A stretch of DNA of 55,087 bases from Candidatus Thorarchaeota archaeon (GTDB lineage Archaea; Asgardarchaeota; Thorarchaeia; Thorarchaeales; Thorarchaeaceae), in contig JAWOEX010000002.1 of NCBI GenBank assembly GCA_046482545.1, forward strand, positions 1-55,087, written 5' to 3'. The position numbers and the translations under genes are program-made. Positions 1 to 8,672 of this stretch are shown here, piece after piece (within the stretch, counting starts at the first letter, position 1; each line of letters begins with the position of its first letter). Below the pieces are notes generated by a model. It was not told the DNA's origin and made no database searches. It worked only from the letters and a program-made list of their open reading frames with translations.

Positions 1-3000
1 TGATACTCGGTCGCATTTGTTGCCCCAGTCAGTTCGAGTTGGTATAGCTGTAATGTTAGAGGGGAGTCTAACGAGGCAGTCGCGTTGTCGTATAGTCTTG
101 TCGGAGAGGTATAGTTGACATACACGTTCACGGTGGATGGGCCATCGCTTGGAGTCAGAGTATAGTTGAAATCGTAAGTACCTGTAGCATCCGTTGTTAC
201 ATTGAAGACTTGTAATGTTCCATTGTCCCAATGAATGTAGACGATGGTATTGGGCTCAGGAGTACCATTTTTGAGTAAGGTCCCGTTAAGATGGACGGTT
301 TCATTCAGGTGGTAAACTGTATCGTTTGAATGCACGGTAATCGAAGAGTCATAGTTGGTTACTTCCTGTAGAATGTGGACAGACTCATTTCCTGCTATTG
401 CGGGTGATGGGGGACTTACAGTTGCCCAGACCTCAGCAGTGCTCAATTCGTGAGAGAACGGAATAATGTAGTTATATGAATAGCTTCCAGTGCTATCGGT
501 GTATGCACCAGTCAGGTTGTATGTACCCGTACTATTGTGCCACCAGATAGTCAAATGGGTATTCTGACGGAATTCGGAGGTCTCAGGAAGGTATACCGAA
601 CCATTGATTGTGAGTGTTTCGAGAAGATGAACTGGATTTGGATTCGTCTGGAGGTGTATCTCCAAATCCCATCTCTTAACCGTGATAGTAAGATTCTCAG
701 ATTGACATGATTCGTATTCGGGAACTGGAGAATCAAATTCGACCCAATATGTTACTTCTCCCTCATAACCTGCTGACACATTGTAATTGAACTCGTAATA
801 GCCGTCTGTACCCGTTGTTTCATTAGCAACAATTCGGGCATCTGTGCCATTCTTCCACCAGAGACTAACGTTATACTCTGCCAACCCATTACCGTGGATT
901 GCATTTCTCAGAGTCCCATTCACAGTCAGTATTTCCCAAATATGCACCGGGTCAGGATTCTGAGGAGCGGAATCGATGCTCAGATTGGTTAAACTGCTCC
1001 GGACTTCTATATCGAACGTATCGCTCCAGTTTCCTGCAACCAGACTGTATGAAGAGGTCCAGTTTACATTTGCTGAGAAATTGCCTGTTGGTTGGTCAGA
1101 TGGAATATTGTAACTTGAAACGAATCCACCAGAATCATTAGTTACTACTGTATCAATCTGTGTCCAATCAAAGAAAATTCCCACATCTTCTCCTGGAAGT
1201 GGTGTTCCATTCAGAAGCTCTAGAATGCCTTCATATTGGAGCGTGTTACCTCTGTAAACCTCATGTGGGGAGACGCCTAGACTGAATCCAATACGACCAT
1301 AGACAGCAACAGTTGAGTTGTCTTCAGACCTTGCTGGCGTTAGCTCTGGATATCCTTCTTCTGTAAATTCTCCTGCATACGATGCCCAGACTGTATGATT
1401 GCCAGTGGTCATTCTCAGTGTATCTAGAGGGTCTACGTAGATATCCAGTTCATATGAACCATCAGACTGAATGGTGGCATTACCGTACCATCCCTCATCC
1501 CACATAATTTGTATCTGATCGTTATCAAGGGTGCTACCATCGACTGGTTCGCCGTCGCGCGTCATCACGCCGTGAACATGTATGGTATCTTCCCAATAGG
1601 CAGTATAGTTGTCTAGACCTAATTTTAGGTTCATTTCAACGGTTTCGCTTACAACAAAACCATCCTCCGTTGAGATAGAAAGCGGAGAACGGAGGGGATC
1701 AGGCTCTCCCGTAGCATAGACTGAAGTGTAGTTTGTTACCGAGACCGAGCTTCCATTCCAAGTTGCAGATATATTGTGAGCTCCAGTACTTGCAGTATCT
1801 GGAAAAATGTATGTGATGTTTGCCAGAGGCAGGTTAGAACCCTGTTCTATCGTTGCAGAGCCGATTTCGACATCGTCGGTGCAATCATAGAAATGGATTG
1901 TTTCTGGGGCACTGACCGGTTGGCTCTGGACCATAAGGAGTGAGCTCAGATTGAATGGTTCTCCAATTATAGCCCATGGTTCATATGAACTTGGCCAAAC
2001 CCAGAGTTCTACATCACCTTCCCCTGTATTCTCAGGAATATCGGTGATCCCCAAGTCACCCGTTAGGGGGAGTGGTACCACTTGAATCCACTCTCCATCT
2101 CCCTCACCAGCAGTAGGTATATAGACTTCTGACCAGAAAATCATGTGTTTCACTTTGACTACACGATGGCCATCATCTGCATCGCCAACTGCATAACCCG
2201 CCACCATTCGTGCAGGAATATCGAGTTCTCTCATAAATACAGAGTAAGCTGTGGCGAAATCCATTGGGAGCCCACCACCACGCTCAAGGAACCAGTCAGT
2301 GACTTCCCGTCCTTCCTCGGGACGTTGCGGGTATTCATCCTCTCCAATCATTAGTTCAAAATTGTTCCGGAAGTACATGTCTACGGCCATAGCCTTCTCG
2401 TAAGCATCGTCTCCAACATCCTCAAACTGAGAAACATTGTCAATGACCCGCTGTGTCAAATCTACGCCTTCAAGAGTTGAATAGAGTGAACTTATCTCAG
2501 CAGGAGCAGATGTACCAGGCAGAGCATTGTTGGCAATCCTGTCAATATCTTGGCTTGCGTATGTGAGATTATAGCTTACCAGAATGTTCTCACCCGTCGT
2601 GCCCTCAAGAAGGGGACTGAACAACACAGTTCCGTATTCATCAATCTCTAAATCGTACTCCCGCAGTCTGTCTTGAGGGTGTGTTCTAAACGAGTTCTCA
2701 ATCAATTGGGCTTCAGGGAAAAGAGATGGGATTTCGATGCTTCCTACGTTCGGTCCCACGGTCACATTCAGGAATACTCTGTAGATGGTATTATTCTGAG
2801 ATTCTGCCTGATCTTGAGTTATGAGGGTCAAAGGCTGGGTGGAATCTAAGCTCTTGCTCCAGCTGGACCCACTATAGCTATCATAAGCGGTTTTCCGCCA
2901 TAGCTGAGGTGGATTCTGCGGCTCAACAGCGAACAGCACATCTTCGAGATGATCCAACAAATCATCAGGCAATTCCTGATCCATTGGCATGTCGGTGTAG

Positions 3001-3221
3001 TTGATATCATCAAACCAATTGGTTCTCCCACCGGCCCAGTTCAAATCATAGGGCCACTCCTCCACCTCATCATACTCTTCATGTGGAGTTTGTGTACGTA
3101 CGTTACCGGTTTGTACAAAGTAGAAGGTGGTCAAGGCCCAAGCTAGAGTTGCTAAGAGAAACATGGTGCTAACTAGGGTTACCAAACTCATTCTACGTTT
3201 AGTTACTTTCGTAGCACTCAA
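1..3221 (-). CDS. Large membrane-anchored transglutaminase-like (TgpA/DUF3488-type) protein with Ig-like beta-rich C-terminal region; runs off window start; catalytic triad degenerate
   Basis: Absent from ORF track (no stop inside window). Manual translation from TTG 3221 (GAGGT SD upstream): LSATKVTKRRMSLVTLVSTMFLLATLAWALTTFYF (TM), LWRKTAYDSYSGSSW motif, then WFLERGGGLPMDFATAYSVFMRELDIPARMVAGY...FWSEVY...W. Confidence 0.85.
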   Translation of the reverse strand, partial: MSATKVTKRRMSLVTLVSTMFLLATLAWALTTFYFVQTGNVRTQTPHEEYDEVEEWPYDLNWAGGRTNWFDDINYTDMPMDQELPDDLLDHLEDVLFAVEPQNPPQLWRKTAYDSYSGSSWSKSLDSTQPLTLITQDQAESQNNTIYRVFLNVTVGPNVGSIEIPSLFPEAQLIENSFRTHPQDRLREYDLEIDEYGTVLFSPLLEGTTGENILVSYNLTYASQDIDRIANNALPGTSAPAEISSLYSTLEGVDLTQRVIDNVSQFEDVGDDAYEKAMAVDMYFRNNFELMIGEDEYPQRPEEGREVTDWFLERGGGLPMDFATAYSVFMRELDIPARMVAGYAVGDADDGHRVVKVKHMIFWSEVYIPTAGEGDGEWIQVVPLPLTGDLGITDIPENTGEGDVELWVWPSSYEPWAIIGEPFNLSSLLMVQSQPVSAPETIHFYDCTDDVEIGSATIEQGSNLPLANITYIFPDTASTGAHNISATWNGSSVSVTNYTSVYATGEPDPLRSPLSISTEDGFVVSETVEMNLKLGLDNYTAYWEDTIHVHGVMTRDGEPVDGSTLDNDQIQIMWDEGWYGNATIQSDGSYELDIYVDPLDTLRMTTGNHTVWASYAGEFTEEGYPELTPARSEDNSTVAVYGRIGFSLGVSPHEVYRGNTLQYEGILELLNGTPLPGEDVGIFFDWTQIDTVVTNDSGGFVSSYNIPSDQPTGNFSANVNWTSSYSLVAGNWSDTFDIEVRSSLTNLSIDSAPQNPDPVHIWEILTVNGTLRNAIHGNGLAEYNVSLWWKNGTDARIVANETTGTDGYYEFNYNVSAGYEGEVTYWVEFDSPVPEYESCQSENLTITVKRWDLEIHLQTNPNPVHLLETLTINGSVYLPETSEFRQNTHLTIWWHNSTGTYNLTGAYTDSTGSYSYNYIIPFSHELSTAEVWATVSPPSPAIAGNESVHILQEVTNYDSSITVHSNDTVYHLNETVHLNGTLLKNGTPEPNTIVYIHWDNGTLQVFNVTTDATGTYDFNYTLTPSDGPSTVNVYVNYTSPTRLYDNATASLDSPLTLQLYQLELTGATNATEY

Positions 3222-3427
3222 CTGATCTACCTCACACAATGCAGTTTCATGGGGGCCGGTAAGCACAACCTGAGCTTGAAGTGGAAACCGGCGTGGCTTG
3301 TCAGGATATTGTAACCTGAATGAGTTCTAATTTAATGATTTCTTGCAGGTAGGTTATGGTAGAAATCGAAGCTTAGAACTGCAACCCAAAAGGATTTGAT
3401 GATAGCAGTATAAACCAAAAAGTAATC

Positions 3428-4033
3428 GTGGTGCAAATGATATTTCCTGAAGAAAAGATTCGATCCCACGCAAAGAAGCTTCTATCGGGCTCAGAACGAG
3501 GAGCGCATTCGTTCAGTCATGTCGAGAGGGTATACGATATCGCAAAGAATCTCGGTGAGCGAATGGGTGCAAATATGCGAATTCTTGGGGCTGCAGCTCT
3601 TCTCCATGATATTGGTAGACCAAAGGAGGAAGAGACCGGTAAATCACACGCCATATTGTCAGGCGAGATGAGCAAAGAATTTCTCCATAATATTGGTTAT
3701 GATGAAGAAGAGATTGTGAGTGTTGTTGAAGCGATTCGAAGTCATCGGTTCAGCGAGAACATCGAGCCAACGTCGCTGGAGGGAGAAATCCTGAGCGACG
3801 CCGACAAACTCGACGCAATGGGAGCCATCGGCATTTTCAGGGCCATCGCTAGGGCCACTCTCAGGAATCTGGGAATACCTGGATTCCTTAAACATGCAGA
3901 AGAGAAACTCTTGAAACTTGTTGACTGTATGTACACAGAAGAGGGGGAGAAAATAGCTCATGAGCGGCATGAGCTTCTGCAGGCATTTGTAGAGAAATTG
4001 AAAGCAGAAGTCCGGAATGATTTGGCTCATTGA
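3428..4033 (+). CDS. HD-domain phosphohydrolase
   Basis: H..SHVERV, AALLHDIG, DADKLDAMG motifs. Confidence 0.9.
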   Translation: MVQMIFPEEKIRSHAKKLLSGSERGAHSFSHVERVYDIAKNLGERMGANMRILGAAALLHDIGRPKEEETGKSHAILSGEMSKEFLHNIGYDEEEIVSVVEAIRSHRFSENIEPTSLEGEILSDADKLDAMGAIGIFRAIARATLRNLGIPGFLKHAEEKLLKLVDCMYTEEGEKIAHERHELLQAFVEKLKAEVRNDLAH

Positions 4034-4596
4034 CTTAAGAGCAATTCCAGATAGCTTTCACGTATTGATTCATACTCGCCAGATAGTAATGTGTCAAGTA
4101 GCTTGAAGAGCTCATCTCTGCTCGACTCCACCTGCTCATCGTCTTGCACTACTTGTTCAATTTCTAAAAACCAACCGAGTCCTTCGACGGAATCTATGGT
4201 TATTGAGACACCGTCCATACGGAAATAGGTGCGTTCTTTCCTAACAGTAGCAACGTCTGTGAAGCCTACAGCTTTGAGGATGGCGAGCATGGTCTCTCCA
4301 GAATCAACTTCTACAGAGAGTTCCTCTCTAGTCTTGCTACGCGAATCGATTTTGGCGCCCTTATATGTCAGTTCATACTGTGTTGATTGGACCGTTTCCT
4401 CGTTTGAGGTGGTCTTTGCTAGTATTTTCCGTATACGGAGCGCTTCATCGGTATCCGCAAAGGAGTATTGTGGATGGTCAAGGTACAAATCCTCTTGAGA
4501 CTCACATTTCACCAGCTCGCCGCCCTTGTCAAGAATCGATTCTTCCAATCCAAGGGGATTCTCTATCTCTACCTTGATTTCCACTTCAATGGCCAT
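4027..4596 (-). CDS. cyaB: CYTH family / class IV adenylate cyclase-like protein
   Basis: MAIEVEIK (ExExK), DEALRIR, LTYKG, KTREE, GLGWFLEIE; start trimmed to ATG 4596. Confidence 0.88.
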   Translation of the reverse strand: MAIEVEIKVEIENPLGLEESILDKGGELVKCESQEDLYLDHPQYSFADTDEALRIRKILAKTTSNEETVQSTQYELTYKGAKIDSRSKTREELSVEVDSGETMLAILKAVGFTDVATVRKERTYFRMDGVSITIDSVEGLGWFLEIEQVVQDDEQVESSRDELFKLLDTLLSGEYESIRESYLELLLSQ

Positions 4597-4727
4597 TGTG
4601 AGACCAACCTCAAATTGTAACCGGATATCTTCTTCCAAAAAACATTGCTCTGGAGTCAACCCACTAAGATGGAGTCTGGTAAGACGAAAAGTAGAGAACA
4701 AAAGTCACATAACCGCGGTCTGTTCCA

Positions 4728-5999
4728 TTGAGATTGGCTGGGATTACTTTGTCTAAAATTGAACAAATCAAATGCGCAAAATGTGGAAAAGAATATGAAA
4801 TAGACAATGTGCCGCCAAATGATGGATGCGGTGGACGGATAGATTTCACCTTTGACTTAGAGAATTTGAAGGAGAAGTTCTCTCAGGAGAGTCTTGAAAC
4901 AGACAACAATAGGTCAACCCTTCAGAAGTACTTTGACTTGCTACCCTTGACAGACAGAAAGGCAGTAGTAACACTAGGTGAAGGGCAGACGGCACTCTTG
5001 AGAAGCAAACGTCTGGCAGACAAGATGGGGATAGAAAATCTCTTTCTCAAAATAGAGACTACGAATCCATCAGGATCCTTCAAAGATCGTCCAATTTCTG
5101 TTGGAGTGAGCCGTGCTCTTGAGGACGAAGCAAAAACGGTATCAGCGGCCTCTTCAGGTAATGCAGCAGCAGCCATGTCAACCTATGCAGCTGGTGGTGG
5201 CATTCGTGCCGTTGTTTTCGTTCCCGAGAACGCACCTAGCGGTAAGCTGATTCATCTACGAACACTCGGTGCGCATGTGTTCAGGGTCAAGAAAGTGCAA
5301 GAAGGAGTCGATCCTACGACAACCCTTCTAAAAGCAGCCTGCAAGGAGTTTGGCTGGACACCTTGCCCCTCATTTGGACCATTCAATTGTTTCCAATTTG
5401 AAGGGACCAAATCCCTAGGTTATGAAATCGCAGAACAGATGGAGTGGGAGATGCCGGATTGGATACTCTTTCCAACCGGAAGTGGAGGGCTTATGGCCGG
5501 GACAATGAAAGGATTCTGGGAATTCCAGCAGATGGGGTTGATTGATAGACTTCCACGCCCAGTTGTTGTCCAACCCAAAGGATGTGCTCCCGTGGTAAGA
5601 GCATTTCATGAGGAGCAAAATCCGCTTGATATCCAACCATGGGACTCCAATGAGACGGTGGCTGGCGGACTTGCAGACCCATTTCCTTGGGATGGAGATG
5701 CAGCCCTGCGATACCTGAAATTGGCAAATGGGAAGGCAATTGAAGTAAGCGACAAAGAGATAGAAGAGTATCTTGTCGAGCTTGGAAAGCTTGAAGGCAT
5801 ATTCGCTGAGCCCAGTGGGGTGGCCGGTCTAGCTGGTCTGGACGTGCTAATTGAGCAAGGAATCATAGAACGGGACGAGAAAGTTGTCGTGCCCATAACG
5901 GGTTCAGGCTTCAAGGACTTGGCAACGCCGGATAGGCTTACTCCTCCGGTCAAGTTGATTAACCCAGATACAATTGAACTACAAAAGGCTCTAAACTGA
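4728..5999 (+). CDS. thrC: Threonine synthase-like PLP enzyme
   Basis: NPSGSFKDR (PLP Lys), ASSGNAA, PTGSGG, EPSG, ITGSGFKD; start uncertain. Confidence 0.85.
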   Translation: MRLAGITLSKIEQIKCAKCGKEYEIDNVPPNDGCGGRIDFTFDLENLKEKFSQESLETDNNRSTLQKYFDLLPLTDRKAVVTLGEGQTALLRSKRLADKMGIENLFLKIETTNPSGSFKDRPISVGVSRALEDEAKTVSAASSGNAAAAMSTYAAGGGIRAVVFVPENAPSGKLIHLRTLGAHVFRVKKVQEGVDPTTTLLKAACKEFGWTPCPSFGPFNCFQFEGTKSLGYEIAEQMEWEMPDWILFPTGSGGLMAGTMKGFWEFQQMGLIDRLPRPVVVQPKGCAPVVRAFHEEQNPLDIQPWDSNETVAGGLADPFPWDGDAALRYLKLANGKAIEVSDKEIEEYLVELGKLEGIFAEPSGVAGLAGLDVLIEQGIIERDEKVVVPITGSGFKDLATPDRLTPPVKLINPDTIELQKALN

Positions 6000-6020
6000 T
6001 AATAGCAGAGGTGGAAGAGG

Positions 6021-6992
6021 TTGGCTACTACAAGGCGGCGAAAGAAAGCGAAGAAAATCGCCCAAGAGTACGGCTATCGGAAATACATGATAGAGAGGTA
6101 CCTAAAGCTGTGGGGGGAAGAAGAAACTCTCAAGTTCATCAAGGCCTGTGAAGAAGAAATTAGAACCGCCATAAGAGCCAACGAATTGAAAGCACCGATA
6201 GGCGAGCTTCTGCGTAGGCTTGAAGATAAGGAAGTGGAGCTTGAATCGATCGAATGGCTTGAGGAGGGATTCTATGCAGATTTTCATGGTTTCTCACCAG
6301 GAGCCATGTTTGAGCATCTGATTGGGCTATACTACGTGCAGGGAGTGCCCTCTATGACCGTTACAAGGATTCTAGATCCTCAGCCTGGAGAGATAGTCTT
6401 TGATTTGGCTGCAGCCCCGGGTGGAAAAACAACACACGTTGCACAGCTGATGAGAAATGAGGGGCAAGTAGTCGCAATAGAGAAGGACAAATTACGGATA
6501 GTGGGTCTGAAAAGCAACCTGATGCGGTGCGGTGTAAAGAATACTATTGTGCTCAGGGGGGATGCAACAAAAATATCCGAGATTCCTCTCACACCTGATC
6601 GTATACTGCTTGATGCACCGTGTTCAGGTGAAGGATTGATTCCTATAGATTCAACAAGAAAGACGAGTAAAACTATGGCAGATATCCGTTATTGCGCAAC
6701 AAACCAAGGAAGAATGCTGGATGCAGCTGTTGATTCCCTTGGAAAGGAGGGTATTATCGTCTATTCCACTTGCTCGATAGCTCCTGAAGAAAATGAATTC
6801 GTCATAGATGATTTGCTAAAGAGGCGAGAAGACATAGAGATTATACCCATTGATGTGGACTTTGGTCTGCCCGGATATACTAACCCGTATAACATCCAGA
6901 TGAACGACAATCTGTGCAAAGCACGGCGTCTCTTACCACATAAACATCAGACTGAGGGTTTCTTCATGTGCAAGCTCAGGAAGGTGAAATAA
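6021..6992 (+). CDS. RsmB/NOP2-family RNA m5C methyltransferase
   Basis: DLAAAPGGKTT, LLDAPCSGEG, YSTCSIAPEENE. Confidence 0.93.
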   Translation: MATTRRRKKAKKIAQEYGYRKYMIERYLKLWGEEETLKFIKACEEEIRTAIRANELKAPIGELLRRLEDKEVELESIEWLEEGFYADFHGFSPGAMFEHLIGLYYVQGVPSMTVTRILDPQPGEIVFDLAAAPGGKTTHVAQLMRNEGQVVAIEKDKLRIVGLKSNLMRCGVKNTIVLRGDATKISEIPLTPDRILLDAPCSGEGLIPIDSTRKTSKTMADIRYCATNQGRMLDAAVDSLGKEGIIVYSTCSIAPEENEFVIDDLLKRREDIEIIPIDVDFGLPGYTNPYNIQMNDNLCKARRLLPHKHQTEGFFMCKLRKVK

Positions 6993-7540
6993 TGTCATTG
7001 GAACTAGCTGAACCCGTTGAGTGGAGAAACATAAAGCACCAAATCGATAGGGATTTTGGAAAAGGAACAGCAGAGAAACTCCGCAAGAATCTACTTCTGG
7101 TGAAGATATACCATAATTCCAAGCAATCATACTATCTTATCTCACCGCAGTGGAAAGGCCTTGTAGAAACAGATTTGAATCTGTACAAGCCCGAATTCGG
7201 TGGAATCTGGCTTGGAGAGATGTATGAGAAAGAATTCAGAATCGGTCTCCATGTTCTGGATGATATATCGGAAATCACCCAAAGTAAGGTGATTGTCTCT
7301 GAAGTAGGTGCTGAGTCATTTACTTATGGTCGCAGCATACTGAAAGAGTCTGTCATAACTATCGGAGTTGGATTGGAGAGAGAACAAAAAGTAATCATCC
7401 TAAGTAATATGGGAGATAGCTTAGGCTTTGCTCAGTTGACAATCGATTCCTCCAGAATCGACCTTCTTTCTGATGAGAGCCTTGTAGCCAAAAACTTGGC
7501 CGATATCGGGTGGTACCTAAGGAAATATACTCATCGATAG
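6992..7540 (+). CDS. Nip7-like PUA-domain ribosome biogenesis protein
   Basis: GIWLGE, FTYGRSI, KNLADIGWYLR C-terminal signature; coupled to NOP2 gene (TAATG). Confidence 0.75.
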   Translation: MSLELAEPVEWRNIKHQIDRDFGKGTAEKLRKNLLLVKIYHNSKQSYYLISPQWKGLVETDLNLYKPEFGGIWLGEMYEKEFRIGLHVLDDISEITQSKVIVSEVGAESFTYGRSILKESVITIGVGLEREQKVIILSNMGDSLGFAQLTIDSSRIDLLSDESLVAKNLADIGWYLRKYTHR

Positions 7541-7577
7541 GAATCTCTCAAAAGCCTAGAGACTCCACAACACCCTA

Positions 7578-8324
7578 TCACACAAACATGTCGCTTGAAG
7601 GGCTCTCTTCTGATTCGATACTTTTTCGCATCTTCTCAAGTCGCTCGATTTCCTGACTTTCTTCTAGCAATTGATCGACATCAGCCTCAACGCCATATAC
7701 CTCATTGATTTTTTCAAGCATAGTCGCAGCAGCACCCGGGTCCGGCCGACCCCTTGTTGCATAGGTTAAGAGTCCCAAGCCTTTCGCATTCCGCATCTCT
7801 AGTTCTGCCAAAAAGAGAGCAAGCGGACCGGCAACAAAGAGACCTTCATCAAGGATAGGAATGGACCAGTTATCGAGATGATCTTTGTATGCAGAAGTTG
7901 GGACGCACCGCATATCAGAGGGATCATCTTCCTTGAAGCTTTGGTCTAGGCCGCCTATCAGCAAAGCTTCATCGAATTCGTTTGCTACTACCCATTCCGC
8001 CATATGAGAAACGAAGTTCCACTGCTCATTGTTGTGCGGCTGAAATCGAGGTACCATGAAAACCATCTTTTTTTCTGAATAGAAGTAAATTTCGAAAGGA
8101 AGGACTAATCGCTCGTTTTCCATTGATACAAAAAGAGGGAGCATGTCACTTCTGATGAAACCAACCCGTTCGGCTTCCAAGGTTCTCGTGAGATGAGCTG
8201 TACTAAGGAAGCCAACTTCACCCAAGCCGTGAAAGCCACAGATAAATGTGGAATGCTTGGGAACCTCAAAATCATCCTTAAGCATTATTTCAAACTCGGA
8301 TTCTCTAGTACTCACGAAAGCCAT
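7578..8324 (-). CDS. Proteasome assembly chaperone (PAC2 family)
   Basis: GFHGLGEVG, IGGLD, GPLALFL, PDPGAAA, acidic C-terminal tail. Confidence 0.88.
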   Translation of the reverse strand: MAFVSTRESEFEIMLKDDFEVPKHSTFICGFHGLGEVGFLSTAHLTRTLEAERVGFIRSDMLPLFVSMENERLVLPFEIYFYSEKKMVFMVPRFQPHNNEQWNFVSHMAEWVVANEFDEALLIGGLDQSFKEDDPSDMRCVPTSAYKDHLDNWSIPILDEGLFVAGPLALFLAELEMRNAKGLGLLTYATRGRPDPGAAATMLEKINEVYGVEADVDQLLEESQEIERLEKMRKSIESEESPSSDMFV

Positions 8325-8616
8325 TTCATCTCAAGCCTCAGTATGAAAAGATAGACATGAAAGCAGCCTATCCCTTTTTGCCTTGACCCAGTCAATCTTC
8401 AAGTCGCTTTTAATACTATGGAATAGCAGCATAATGCGGAGGTAGGGCAGGAAAGAATTCCTTGTAATTGGAGTTATTTCAAATCATTGATTCCAATGAA
8501 TGAGCATTTTGTATCCTCTATAATTGATACTGTTGTTGAAAACACTCTATCACACAAAAAACGCCTGTAGAGAGAGAAGATAGCACGCTCCCTTATATAT
8601 GTCACACCAAAAACTA

Positions 8617-8667
8617 ATAACTAATATCAATAGTTTACAATGATAACTAATATCAATAGTTTACAAT
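8617..8667 (+). repeat. Perfect tandem duplication of 25 bp (period 26)
   Basis: ATAACTAATATCAATAGTTTACAAT at 8617-8641 and 8643-8667. Confidence 0.95.
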
Positions 8668-8672
8668 AAAGG

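Noticed and set aside
551-3146. Short ORFs listed in the track (551-736, 899-1141, 2145-2354, 2846-3031, 2949-3146)
   Set aside because: Shadow frames of the long minus-strand transglutaminase-like gene.
8325-8672. Replication origin in the AT-rich intergenic region
   Set aside because: No ORB-like G-string boxes recognised and no adjacent cdc6/orc1.
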